In this document: positions 1-13,680 of the stretch, one piece after another
How positions within the stretch are numbered: the stretch's first letter is position 1
Layout of the letters: the number at the start of each line of letters is the position of its first letter
From: Eledone cirrhosa
Lineage: Eukaryota
DNA length: 64,000 nucleotides
Assembly: GCA_964016885.1 (NCBI GenBank)
Contig: OZ024743.1
Location: 98,270,001 to 98,334,000, forward strand
Reading direction: 5' to 3'
Notes under the pieces: model-generated
Told to the model about the DNA's origin: nothing
What the model saw: only the letters and a program-made list of their open reading frames with translations
Database searches by the model: none
Translations under genes and position numbers: made by a program

Positions 1-658
1 AAGGATTCCTTGAAAGCCTCTCTGAAAGACGCTAACATCTCTGCTGATACATGGGAAAATATTGCTGCTGATCGTAATAAATGGAGAAAGACTGTATATG
101 AGGGAAAAGTTGCCTTTGAGGCATCTCGAATCGCACACGAGAAAGTAAAGCGGGATGTGAGGAAGGGCATTGCTGTTGCACTTCCAGACGGCGAGGGTCC
201 TCCTATGGTGCTGACATGCAGCGTCTGTGCGAGACTCTGCCTAAACAAGGCTGGACTCGAAAGTCATCTTCGCAGTCATAAAGTAAGACCAGTGGTTGAC
301 TACCAGGCTGCTGTTGGAGATGCTACTCATCATGCTTGCCAAACATGTGGTAGAGAATGTAAATCAGCAGGAGGGCTCAAGCGACATGCAAAAGTACACG
401 AACTCCAACCATAGCCGACTATTCCCAGTGAATGTTTTGGTTGCCGACTCTGTGCAAGACATTGTAGATCATTGGCTGGGCTAAAAAGCCACATTCGATC
501 GCAGCACTGTTAGTTGTTATCGTGTGTGTGTGTGTTTGTGTAGATATGCTTGTGTGCGTGCGTGTGTGTGTATATATATATGAATATGTATATTATTATT
601 GTTGTTGTCGTTATTATTATTATTGCTATTATTATTATTATTATTATTATTGTTATTA

Positions 659-697
<39 letters not shown>

Positions 698-890
698 TGT
701 GTGTGTATGTATGTGTGTCTGTATATATGTATATATGTATGTATATATATATATATTTCTTTTTTTTTCTTTCTTTTTTTTTTATTTATTATTATTATTA
801 TTTATTTATTTTTTTTTTTTATTTATTTATTTTTTTTTTTTTCTTCTCGTGCAATGGCCATACTCGATAACGAGGGGGCAGCCATCATCA
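1..890 (+). mobile_element. 3' end of an RTE-clade LINE: ORF C-terminus with three C2H2-like zinc fingers, microsatellite-interrupted 3' UTR and stem-loop tail
   Basis: ORF 10-414 has the RTE-type 'TWENIAADRNKWRKTV' segment and two fingers (CSVC..H..H, CQTC..H..H). Reading through TAG 412-414 gives a third (CRLCARHCRSLAGLKSHIRSQH, stop 511-513). Tail gtgcaatggccatactcgataacgagggggcagccatc at ~850-890 is followed by (ATGT)n. Confidence 0.8.
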
Positions 891-989
891 TGTATGTATG
901 TATGTATGTTTGTATGTATGTATGTATGTATGTATGTATGTATGTATGTATGTATATATATATATATGTATGTATATATGTATGTTTAT

Positions 990-1258
990 ATCGGAATTAT
1001 CCCAGTTTCCTGAGTTGCCTTCTCCTGGAAGAATGCCCTGACAAAGGCTCAGTAGTTACCGATGATGTTGATCTTTTCTTCTTTTCAGGTAATAGCTACT
1101 GTCAGTCAGAGAGTGGGATTGGCTCAGTGCACAGTCTTTCCTCACTTTAAAAAGAATCTTCACACACAGGTATTGCACGATAGAATTGATTAATAATTAT
1201 TAATAATGGTATATCGTGCAATGGCCATACTCGATAACGAGGGGGCAGCCATCATCAT
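990..1258 (+). mobile_element. Short non-autonomous RTE-tailed element (tail type A) with inverted 5' segment
   Basis: Same 3' tail as 850-890. Body matches 35845-36056. 990-1050 is the reverse complement of ~35780-35833. Confidence 0.75.
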
Positions 1259-1314
1259 CATATATATATATATGTATGTATATATATATGTATATATATA
1301 TATGTATGTATATG

Positions 1315-1347
<33 letters not shown>

Positions 1348-1358
1348 GTAAGTATATG

Positions 1359-1394
<36 letters not shown>

Positions 1395-1402
1395 TGTGTA
1401 TG

Positions 1403-1441
<39 letters not shown>

Positions 1442-1512
1442 GTGTATGTATATATATGTATGTATATATATATGTATGTATGTATATATATGTATGTATG
1501 TATATTTGTATG

Positions 1513-1545
<33 letters not shown>

Positions 1546-1758
1546 TTATATCTGTATGTATATATGTATGTATGTATGTATATATATGTATGTATTTGTA
1601 TATGTATGTATATGTGTATGTATGTATGTATATATGTATGTATATATGTACGTATGTGTGTATGTATGTGTGTATGTATGTGTGTATGTATATATATATA
1701 TATATGTATGTATATATGTATGTATGTATATATGTATGTATATGTATATATATGTATG

Positions 1759-1820
<62 letters not shown>

Positions 1821-2025
1821 TATATATATATATATATGTATGTATATGTGTATGTATATATGTATATATATATATGTATGTATATGTGTATGTATATATG
1901 TATATATATATATATGTATGTATATGTGTATGTATATATGTATATATGTATATATGTATGTATATGTGTATGTATATATGTATATATATATATATGTATG
2001 TATATATGTATGTATATATATATAT
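1259..2025. repeat. Compound (AT)n/(ATGT)n microsatellite
   Basis: Directly visible. It produces the Y/I/M/V/C pseudo-ORFs. Confidence 0.95.
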
Positions 2026-2629
2026 GTCAGGTCACCACTTGGTGCTACTGGTAACATGTATTCCATTACAACCTGTTCCATGGTCGTTGGCGACTAAACT
2101 GGCAACCCCACCAAGGTTTCTTGGTGAGGAGGGTGACTTTGGACATCCTGCAGGACTAAAAACAAAACCTGTCAAAGGACAAAGGAGCTCTTAAGAGTCA
2201 ATGGCCATCCAAAATCACCGGGAGAGATGACCCCTTAGCCTTTGTCAAGGCAGAATTCTAGGAGAAGGAAAACTCTGATATAACACCTGCAACCCTGATG
2301 GTATCCAATGATGTTGACTTGTTCTTCTTTTTGGTAAATATCATCTTGGTTAAGAGAGTGGGACTGGCTTTGTGCAGTGCCTTTGCTCACTATAAAAGCT
2401 TCACGGCATAGGCATTGCTTTATATCTGGAGATCTCTCTGCACTTGTCGTCATATGGTACCATGGGCCTAGCACTATGTGTCAATAATTGTCACAGGTGT
2501 AGTGTTTGTACCAGAGTTTTCAAGTCGCTGGCTGGACTAAAGTCACATTCGTTCAGCGCATCGGTAGGAGTTCTCCTACATGGATATAAAGTAGTGGCCG
2601 TACTCGAAAACGAGTTGGCAGCCACCATG
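2026..2629 (+). mobile_element. ~600 bp non-autonomous RTE-derived element (tail type B)
   Basis: Near-identical to 40657-41269. Contains an RTE 5'UTR-like ctaggagaaggaaaactctga, a zinc-finger relic CSVCTRVFKSLAGLKSH, and tail tggccgtactcgaaaacgagttggcagccacc before (ATGT)n. Confidence 0.8.
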
Positions 2630-2685
2630 TATGTATGTGTGTGTGTATATGTATGTACATGTATATATGTATGTATGTATGTATA

Positions 2686-2806
<121 letters not shown>

Positions 2807-3790
2807 ATCTGTATATGTATATGTATATGTATATATGGGGGTATAGATGTGTATGTGTGGATATAGATATGTATGGATATGTATATATATGATTATATGC
2901 ATGCGTGTGGATGTGTATTTAGTTTTGCATCTATTTGCACGTATGTATATTTTGGTTAGATATCAATATAACTGTACCTCTCTCTATATGTGGTGTGAAT
3001 ATATGCACTTTGTAGACTATGAAATGTATGTTTTAACTATGCCAACATGTACTTATCTGAGTTTGGTTGTTTATGTATAAACATACTTAGCAATATTTTG
3101 TGCAATTTACCACACCGTACTATATTTTGTTGGTTAAGTTGTATATTATCGCATTACTTTATCACATTATCTTATTATAATTTTCATCTTTTAACATACT
3201 ATCTTTCCTAACCATAACATTAATTTATATTCACCTTAAAACTCAATACAACACTAATCACCATTTATTTTGACATTCCTTTTAAATTCACTATACAAGA
3301 TACATTCAACTATCAGTTTGACAATCCCCTTCCTTCCTAATAGATTTTTAAGCCATTTCTACTAACACCTTTCAACCATTCCTTTCAAAGGGTCATGACC
3401 TCAACTAAAGTGTATTACATCTTAACACCATATGAAAAAAACAATTTGATTCGTTAGTTCTTCAACTACCTCCAAATATGGACATAATACTAATTCTGTG
3501 TAAAATTATTATTGAATAAAATTATTATTGCTTTTGAAATCAGCTGGTGCTCTATCTGATAGTTTGTAAACCTACATAGATCAATAACTGGGTATAGATA
3601 CAATACATTATCACCATCTAGAAACGATCGTAAAGCAGTGAAGTATATCTCTAATGACTTGATTTTTTATTTCATTGTTTTAACTTATATCATGACTCTG
3701 TTTTTTTTTCAATGTTTTATTGTTTTCTGAGATTTATCTTAACCTACAACATTTTCAACATATTACATTAAGTTCTTCATACAGAATAGA

Positions 3791-3846
<56 letters not shown>

Positions 3847-3884
3847 CGTGTGGATGGTGCGCGCGCGTATATACATATATATAT

Positions 3885-3955
<71 letters not shown>

Positions 3956-4819
3956 TGCGTGTGTATGCACACACACGCACACAGAAATATGCATATGCTG
4001 AGGTAGAGAGGTGGGGGAGAAGATAGACATTGAAAAGACTATTATTTATATAATGATATTCTATATTTTTATCCCTTTTGTAAATAGCTGTTATTAGATA
4101 TTAGCTACGGGTTAGAGAGAGAACGGCTGGATAAGTAGCTGCTCAAGAACAATAATATAGACTCTGATGTCTTAGCAATGCCTATTTTTAAGTCACATTA
4201 TGCTGGCATTGATTATGTCTTTTTTCACGTCGATAAAATAACTACCAGTAAGTTTTGGGACACCGAGTCAGTCGGAAATTTATATAATTATCTTTGTCTT
4301 GGTCAAAACATTATGCTGTCTTTATCAGATATTTCCAATTTGACAAATCCAGGCTACAATGCTTGGTATGATGTAGGGTGAGTGCTTTAGGTTGTTTACC
4401 TGAATAGAGTTATGGTTAAATGCGTTCTTTGTCGTGAACTGTCTTTCTTACGTTCAGATCTAGTGTATATAAACTGCATTATCTCGTATCTTTTTTTAAC
4501 ACAGTAGGGTGGGATTGATGGTGATTTCGCTGCTGTTTCTAACAGATGAAATAACTACATAAATTCTCTTCTTGTACTAAACCTTGACAATAATCAATAT
4601 ATTTCTCCTAAAGCAATACATCTGGGCTTCAATGTGACCACAGTTCAATGATTGAAACCAGTAATAAAATACAAACCTGTGATATACCTTTTGATGTTGA
4701 ATTTTGAAATCTATAAAATCTATAAATCAGTTAACATAATTCTGAAACAGCCGACAAATTGATAATCTACTGAAGTAAAACAATCAGTAAAAGATAACGA
4801 AGTGACAATGCTTTCTAAT

Positions 4820-5015
4820 TTAGAAACTAGGCTAGCAATATGAGGGCTAGGGAAAGTCAAAAGTCCTATTTCGTCGGTACTTTATTTTATCGACCCCAGA
4901 AGGATAAAAAACAAAGTTGACCTCAACGGAAATTGAGCTCAGAAAGTACATCGCCGTAACTAATGACCATGTAGCGTTTGTCCGATGCTCTAACCAATCT
5001 GTCCATTCACTGCCC
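4820..5015 (-). mobile_element. tRNA-derived SINE (dominant family), diverged copy
   Basis: Reverse complement of the conserved core ...ttcatcctt.cggggtcgataaaataaagtacc seen in many copies. Confidence 0.7.
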
Positions 5016-5790
5016 TCAGCGAAGTGATATGATAAGTTACAAAAATCATAAAGAAACTGAATTTAGCGGAGATATTTCCAAATAGGCTATGGTAGCTGGT
5101 AAATTGCTTCCAACGATAAATTTACCTACATGGAAAGTATTCTGGGTGTTCGGGTATCAAGATTCGCCAGTGCTTCATGGGTACATGTGGACGGACTAAC
5201 CGTGTCCGCTTCGGTTGGTTTTTTGCTGCACGCGGACAAGTTATTTGTGAGGGTCGCTGTTTCGTATTGGCCGGAACTAGGATTCGCACTTGCCCTAAAA
5301 ACAACCATTAGTTTTCTTTTTAGTCAAGAATAGTAATATTTGGAGAGATTGTCAAATAACAATTATTTGGCACTAACAGATTGAGATGAAAATAAGTGGC
5401 TTAGTAATTATTAAAGAAAAATAAGTGGAATAATGAAAAAGGAGAGGTTATTGTGACCAGAGGTTAATAATATAAAAGGTCACTAGATATTGACAACAGA
5501 AGGTTTTGGGACTTCAGGCAATCAGAAATTGCCATAAAGGAACAAAGATATTAGGACTGTTGTAATTGGATTTGTGAAGATATATCTTGAGATCAAAATG
5601 ATATGATAAGATTTCAAGAATTTAACAGCAGAAAGCTTCAAGCAAAAACGTTTGAATCATGGAAGTTCAATAACGAGATTAGAGGAATTTAAGAATAAAG
5701 CAGCAACCATTGACCTTTAAAATAGTCAAAGCTCAATAGAAAATGGTAATAATAGATATATAATTAAGATACAGAATCTTGATTCAACTA

Positions 5791-5890
<100 letters not shown>

Positions 5891-5897
5891 GTATATA

Positions 5898-6022
<125 letters not shown>

Positions 6023-6029
6023 CTATATG

Positions 6030-6180
<151 letters not shown>

Positions 6181-6841
6181 CAATGATGAGACAACAGAAA
6201 TTCAAGGGTGTAAATTTCAAGGGTGTAAACAGGGAAATTCAATAATTGAGTGGTGAATCCTTTAATTTGTTGGATTGTAAGAGAGCCGCAGAAAACCCCG
6301 CCTCCATTTAGAGTATTTGGACAGATCCGCCTATCGTTTGTTTTCCATCTTTTTCTAAATTATTTACTCACAGTTATTGAACATCTATCTATATCGACTA
6401 CTAGGTCGCCCATCTGTCGTTACACGTGCCCTCCAAAGTTTTCTGTCTATCATCAGCGTTCTGAGATATCCTACAACAGAAAGCTAATCCACCATATGTC
6501 AATAATTATACAATACTTCACTACTTGCAACTGTGGGATCTTACTATTCTGCAAATACTAAGTGTTTTCAGCTAAGTGAACTTTGTCATTTAAGAGAGAA
6601 ATGTCTAGACTAAACACGATACAATGCTAATATCAAAATACAAACTGCCGACCTCTCGATTGGTTTTCAATGAGCAAGCAGTGGATGATAAATGATGAGA
6701 CAGCAACTGTTACTAAGAAGAAACATTAGGATTCATGAGTGAAATGCTCAGAGCTGGTACAAGAGAATTCAACGATCTAGACCAGCCTCGCGATGTTCTC
6801 TCCCTACTCCAACGTTTTCTACACTTTCTTCCAACCATCAT

Positions 6842-7121
6842 CAGACCTACCAACTCTCCCCGGGAGATCTCCCACACAATTTAGTGTGGGAACTCTCCCC
6901 GTCTGATTGGGAGATCTCCCACACAATTTAGTGTGGGAACTCTCCCCGTCTGATTGGGAGATCTCCCACACAATTTAGTGTGGCTGAGAGAAGTCTTGTC
7001 TTGTGAAAATGGGTATAGCTTTCATTATGTAAAATCTCCCCATTTTGTCTCATTTCTCCCCGTTTTGGGGCACTTTTTTTCATGGTATTCCGCGTTTAGA
7101 TTTTAGAGGTTGGCAAATCTG
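6842..7121 (+). mobile_element. MITE-like element with an internal 47-bp tandem repeat (~2.6 copies, 6862-6983)
   Basis: Ends cagacctaccaac / gttggcaaatctg are imperfect inverted repeats. Related copies at ~12636-12806 (-) and ~50335-50516 (+). Repeat unit starts at 6862, 6909 and 6956. Confidence 0.6.
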
Positions 7122-7288
7122 CATCAGGCTCTTTATACCAGCTAAATATGCGAAAAAAAAAATTATAATTTAACAGGATTTTTAACTCCGTAACGGGTAT
7201 AACACAGATACTGAATTAATAGGTAGAAGGGGAAAATGTCGACCATACTTAAATATGGAATGATACGCGATGCCCCCCCCCCCCCCCA

Positions 7289-8848
7289 GCCCCGGCCATA
7301 AGAATGGAGAAGACGTTTCCACGGAGGACGGCAAGGAAGACGTGCTGGAAAAGCCACTCCAGCTCGCGGGACTCACACCTGCAGCTGGCCAGCTCAGCGC
7401 CTATGGTGGTGAGTAGGGAGGTAGCGCTAGGACCGAGGACACCAGAAGTCTCCACTGCCAGGAGTACAACCGCAAACCTGTCGGAGAGCTACCGGTATTT
7501 GAGGAGTTTAGCCTCCTCAGCCCGACGTGCAGCACAACCCGGGTTAGTCGCAGACTGCACCAGGTTGCGGCTGCAGAAAGTGTCGGTTCAAGTGGCATCC
7601 AAGACGAGGGTTTGCCACCGCGGAACGGAAAGATGATCATGCCATCTGGTCTTTTGCCGTCCCCTCGGTCCAGCCCCACCGGTTCGAGCTGGGAAGGGAA
7701 GCCTGCAGGGTCCAAGCCATGCTTTATGACCTCGTTGAGGGCAGCATGGCGTGGAAGGCGGCCCGCACTGTGGCGACGGGAAAGCGAGTGGAGGCCGAAA
7801 GAGTCCACGTGTGGCTCGCAGATCCGGAGGCCGAGCCTCAAGGAAACGCCGATGCGCAGGCTATTGTTGTCTAGCTGCGTGCCAGTGGAGAAGGAGGGCA
7901 GGGCATGGAGCCAGGCACCACTGTGGGGTTTGGAGGCCGCACGAAAACAGGCAAGGCGGTGCTGGTCGAACTGGCGCGTGAGCCTGTCTAAGGCCTGGCT
8001 GCACTGGATGGCATCCCAAGTGCTTTGGGGGGACTTGACGTCAACAAGGGGAGAAGGAGGAGGGATGTCTACTGGGCTAAGTCCCAGCCGGTCCCACGTC
8101 TCACAGGCAGCCTCACGTTCTCTGAACACAGAGAGTTCTATTGTGTTTAGAAGAACCCTGCTGACGAGGACGCTGCATGCGGTTTCCGACGAAAGATACG
8201 CCGCCAAAGCTAGTGAGATCGGGGACCAGAGGCCAATGCCGCCATACCTGACAGGTAAAGTGGCCTGTTGTCATCCAATGTCGTCAAACTTGACGTTGCA
8301 TATCTCCTCGGCTGCTGCTCGGATACAAGTATCGAGGTCAGCGAGGAGAGATGTGTGGGTGTAGCACTGAACGTTGCGAAGTGTATAGAGGAGCTTCGGC
8401 ATGGCGAAGCAGTTCCTCAACAGAAAGAGGGCTGGGTGGCCGTCGATCAAGCTCAGTCGGCTCGTGAGAGTCTGAAGTTGTTGAAGCCTGGACCTGATGG
8501 TGGAGCGGATGGCCGGCGGGTGGATCGGTGACCCGAGGATGAGGACATCCTCTATGGGGTCACCTGTACCTGGTGGAGAATGGACCGCACGTCCGAGACG
8601 GAGGCTGCAAAGCTCTCAGCATCGTGGCTGACATTCATCACCTCCGACTTGGACGAGTTGACCTGGAGGCCGATTCCCGCCAGGGCAGGAACCACCGATT
8701 GTAGGTCATGGCAGACAGTCTGTATGGGCCCGCCCAACGTAGCATCATCCAGATACCAAACATTGAGAGGGGCCGTGATACTCCGGGAGATGTGGTCTAT
8801 ACCAAGGGCAAATAGAAGGGGTCCCAAAGGGTCGCCCTGTTGGACCAG
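7289..8848 (-). mobile_element. CRE-like non-LTR retrotransposon, 5'-truncated and frameshifted (RT + restriction-like endonuclease)
   Basis: QQGDPLGPLLF and WYLDD (RT), HSGAWLHALP, RHAALN..LEPVGLDRGDGKRPDG (RLE), terminal WLFQHVFLAVLRGN. Markedly GC-richer than the flanks. Confidence 0.85.
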
Positions 8849-11190
8849 GATAAATTTCTGTTATGTAGAAATAATTTCGCTTCTAAATGACTTCGTAAAA
8901 TAACGGCAAATATGGCCTGTCGCATTTGTTTCGCCTCTCTGCGTTTTAAGTTCAAAACCTGCCGGGATCAAATGTGTTTATTATTGTTTCGTGGTCAATA
9001 AATGATGTACCAGTCCATGGCATGATGATTCGTGAAATTGTTAAAGCCTCAGGATATATTTTCATGTTCTGTGCGCTCAGAGTTCAAATCCCGTCTCTAG
9101 TCATAGAATAGGCGATACGGTTCTGCTTGGACTTGCGATTGAGAAGTATCAGCAATGAAACGACTAATAGAAACATTGTTTCCTTACTCTGATCTGTAAA
9201 ATTGGTTTCTTTCCTGTTTTTTACTAAAATAACAATTCGATGTGAAAAATGGATTTGGCACAAAACAGAAATTTTTGGCGAAGCTATAGTCGAGTAGCTC
9301 TTCCTTTGTGTTTTATGGGTACTATTTTATCGACTCCCTTTCATAGAAGGATTGGATGGGAAAAGTGATCTCGGTTGAATTTGAACTCTGAATGGAAAGG
9401 GGTGTGATTAAATGCGACAGGTAATTTTATCCACTGTTCACCTGAATCTTCCAGTCTACTGCTTTTTTTAAAGGAAATATTAAAACTACATCAAGAAAAG
9501 TTACAAATGAGGGCCTCTAATACGAAGATAAAAGAGGAAAGATGAATTAACAAATATTTTTAGTAAAACTGGATATCAATGATGATGAACGCCTTGTTGG
9601 AAATATTTGAGATCGTGGGAAAATAGAAACACAAAACTGTAGAAATGTTTATGAATTCTTGAAATAAAACTCCAGATATGATGACTAATGAGACCTCGGG
9701 AATGAAATAAATATATGACAATAGAAGAACATTGTGTGTGAAACAGCCGAATTGCAGTAGTATAATGCAAGATGTCGTAAGCCCGCAAGGCATTTTGATC
9801 GTCAGCGTTAAACCCTGCCTTACTTAGTTTATATTATTTTTTTTCTTTGCCTTTCATCCTTACGGGTCGATAAAATAAAGTACCAGTAATGCACTTGGTA
9901 ATTGCTGGCCTTGTGCCTAAAGTAGAAACAATTATTTTTCTGTTGATTCACAGAATCTAAATATTTTAGTTTCCATACTACATTTTAGCATGACAATTAT
10001 ACTTAAGAGTTGTGAAACTAACACTAATATACACAATGTAGCTTTTTGTAAACTAAGCAGCACTTTCTATATAATTAGATAATCTGTTGAGTGAAAACCG
10101 ACGAAGGACAACAAGCTTAAACTAGTCTTCTCTTTACCAACGCTATTTTCACTGGACGTAAGGTACATCCATTCCACAGAAACACTCCTTTTATGTGTCT
10201 TAGTCAGCAGCAAGAGGCTTTGCTAATGATCTTCTGCGATTGGGAAGGTTTATACTGCTGATATTCAGTCTTGATATCTGTAATGGTGACCTCAGCAGGA
10301 AAACATTGTGCAAGAAGCAAGGTCCAAAAGTATCACATTATGTGGATAGGGATTATAGAAAGATTTTAATTTAGTATAGGTTGGGATCGATAGCAGACGA
10401 CTGAGTTGTGTAGGCTTGGCTAGAGACAGTGTGAAAAATTGCAATTGGAAGGAAAAGCCGCTGAAATACTGATAGAATAGTTAGAGTGAGGAAAACTTTA
10501 AATATATAAATATATTTTGGTATACTGAATACCTTCGTTCTCATGTTGTGAATGGTGTAAAGATAATACGTCGGTTATGTTAATAGCTTTGACCGACTAT
10601 GTAATGGAGACACAACAAATGGACTATTATTAAAGATATACTATGGTCAAGAGAAAACGCTAAAACCACTTGAATTATGATTGTAAAGAAAATAGAAAGT
10701 ATTATAAAAGTAAGACTATAGTAGCTTGAGATAATACAACAAATATTTCAAGATTGGTAAGAATTTATGATGGTGAACATTCCAGAAATGAAACAATGAA
10801 AAGATTTCAGGTATGAAACAGTATTGTAAGACTACCTTAGGGCGTGAGAGATGGTAAAGTTCAACTAGATTATGACAAAAACATCGAAATATGTTAACGG
10901 AATGTCATTGAGTGTGATGACACGTCTTTGAAAATTGCTAACAAAATTACTTACAGTATATGACATCAAAAGAAACGTGTCAGAAAATAAAATTTCAGCT
11001 TCTGACAGTATTCGAAAAATTATTGATTTCTTTCATAAGCTTTAAGCTTAGGAAAAACATTTTAAGGTAAAGAAAACGTAAAGTTATGGTTCCAAGTTCA
11101 TTATCGATATTATTCGAACTAGGAGTCACAAATAGATGGCAATACTATCCGTTGCTAAGTCACATCTGAGTCATTCCCTATAAAATATAT

Positions 11191-11375
11191 TAAAAACAAC
11201 AAACAAGATGCTTTAAATTTATTACAAAAATATTTATTGTTGATGTATATATATAAATATAAACACACACTAGTAAACTAAGATAGAATACAATAACCAA
11301 AACACATTCACCCAAAGGCGAACACACACCAAACACTATACACACACGCAAACGCATGCGCAGAGAAGACAAAAA

Positions 11376-11430
<55 letters not shown>

Positions 11431-11729
11431 ACAGATAAAATAAAAATGGCATAGAAACACAATACAACAGGAGGAACATAATAGTACCACTGATGATGTT
11501 GCAGATGTGCAACGAAAGAACTTTGTTAGACTATATATATGTGTTTATATCTATACTATATCTGTATTTTTGACCGTTGGTCAGTCAATGGTAAACATTG
11601 AGGACCGAATGAATTAACTGTGGAGATATAAAAGATACAGAAGCGAAAACCAACCAAACAGTGAGTGTGTTCTGTTATTATTTCTGGCAATATTATTACA
11701 CAAATATGACCCTGCCCAAGTATAACAAT
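11191..11729 (+). mobile_element. Solo Penelope pseudo-LTR-like element with hammerhead motif (11482-11533)
   Basis: Shares cgcatgcgca, ctga.ga..gaaagaact and the atgaccct.ccc.aagtataacaata terminus with 19470-19976. Followed by (AT)n. Confidence 0.75.
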
Positions 11730-11751
11730 ATATATATATATATATATATTG

Positions 11752-11839
<88 letters not shown>

Positions 11840-12029
11840 AGGCGGGTAGCAATCTCTAGATCTACCAGTTCAGAGAAACAATTGTCAGCAATGTGAATAA
11901 AGCCCTTATTGTATAGCAAACCATGTCACTCTTCTTTCTTGATTTAGTATTACTCCAAGTGTAAACTACATAGAAAACACAGCGTACTCGCAGCATCACT
12001 GTGGACATGTATATAACATTATGAAGAAA

Positions 12030-12173
12030 AAAGTTTGATCGCTGCAGAGAGCTAATATTACAGTTACATACTCCAGGGCGATTACTTTGAAGGAGAAAAC
12101 TCTAAGTGTGAAGTTTGGGTTTGAAATAAATCTTTTGTGACATCAGTCCTGGAACTTTTCTGACACACCTCGT
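12030..12173 (+). mobile_element. Mariner/Tc1 3' terminal remnant
   Basis: cagggcgattactttgaagga encodes QGDYFEG, typical of a mariner transposase C-terminus. TIR-like cttttctgacacacctcg followed by TA. Confidence 0.65.
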
Positions 12174-12984
12174 ATATATATATATATCCACAATAAATAC
12201 TTTTTTAAAGAAAATATATAGGTACTTGTTTGTTGCTAATGTTTTTATTCTATAGGATATGACAGATGTGGCTTAGCAAGTCAATAGCTCTCTGTCGTTG
12301 TTCTTCCATTAATAAATATGGTAAGAAAAAGAGGTACATGTTACATGACTGTATTCCACTGCACTACTTTAACAGCCAAATGTCTCACTGTTTTCTATCA
12401 CCGTAATCTTACCAGCTATGATTTACCAAAATACAAAATAGTTCTACGGCGAGAACTATCAATATTATATTTTAGTTTCAGCGGGGGAGTTTTTTCTTTT
12501 AATTTCAAAATTTCAAATGAGATATTTTTATGAAGAAAAATCTTTTGAAACTGATATTCGATATTAAAATTAAAAGTGTCAATACATTATATTCCATTAA
12601 AAAAAGTTAATTCCATTAATTCAGTTTACAATCTCAGGTATCACCGGACTCCGGGCTGCCGTTTGTAGACCGACAAGCCTCTAAAAACTCAAACGGGGAG
12701 TACCATGAAAAAAAGCTATACCCATTTTCACAAGTGAAGACATTTCTCACCTACCCCAAAGTGGGTGGGAGATCTCCCCGTCGGACTGAGAGTGTTGACA
12801 GGTCTGCGTTTGCCTCACAAATCGGGTGAAGGACATCACAACTGAGGAAAGAACCCTGCGAGGTGGAATGGCTAATCCAGAATAAATCGCGCCCGTTTTC
12901 ATTTTTATCTTTTTCTATTTTTTCCCATTATTTTCTGTCATTTTCTGTCATTTTGATATTGATAGAATGAAATAGAGTCATTAG

Positions 12985-13395
12985 ATGATCGGAGAAATGT
13001 TGAGCAGTATTTATTCCGAGTCTTTACCTTCTGAGTTCAAATCCCACCGAAGTCAACTTTACCTTTCATTCTTCCGAGGTTGATAAAATAAAATATCAGT
13101 AAAGAACTGCGTTGGATTTAATCGATTTTACCCTGCCCCCAAATTTCTGGCCTTGTGCTTATATGAGGAAAAAATTATTATTTAGATGGGAGAGGGTGGT
13201 TGATTAGAATTGGTAGATCGTTGAATAAAATGTCATTGCCGTATGTGTTCTGGCTCTTTACGTTCTGAGTTCAAATTTCGCCTAGACCAACTTTGCCTTT
13301 CATCCTTCCGATGTCATTAAAATAAAATACCAGTGAAGTACTGGGGTCGATTTAATCGACTCTCCCCACAAATTGCTGGTCTTGGATCTAAATCA
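12985..13395 (+). mobile_element. Two tandem tRNA-derived SINE copies
   Basis: B-box gagttcaaat plus conserved central core in each copy. Confidence 0.75.
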
Positions 13396-13452
13396 GAAAT
13401 CATTGATATTTGGAAGGATCAGCATTCAAGTAAGAATTACATGTTCCGAACC

Positions 13453-13680
13453 CCACCACCACCACCATCACCACCACCACCATCACCACCACCACCACCA
13501 TCACCACCACCATCACCACCACCATCACCACCACGACCACGACCACCACGACCACGACCACCAACACCACCATCACCACCACCACCATCACCACCACCAC
13601 CAACACCACCATTACCATCATTACCATCACCACCATCACCACCATCACCACCACCACCGTCACCTTCACCACCACCTCAT
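13453..13680. repeat. (CAC/CAT)n trinucleotide repeat
   Basis: Directly visible. Source of the poly-His/Pro pseudo-ORFs. Confidence 0.95.

Noticed and set aside
2235-2474. Recurrent 79-aa ORF MLGPWY..LDKG (also 36122-36361 and 60036-60275)
   Set aside because: Antisense to the RTE-derived element; conservation reflects repeat identity and the start is not ATG.
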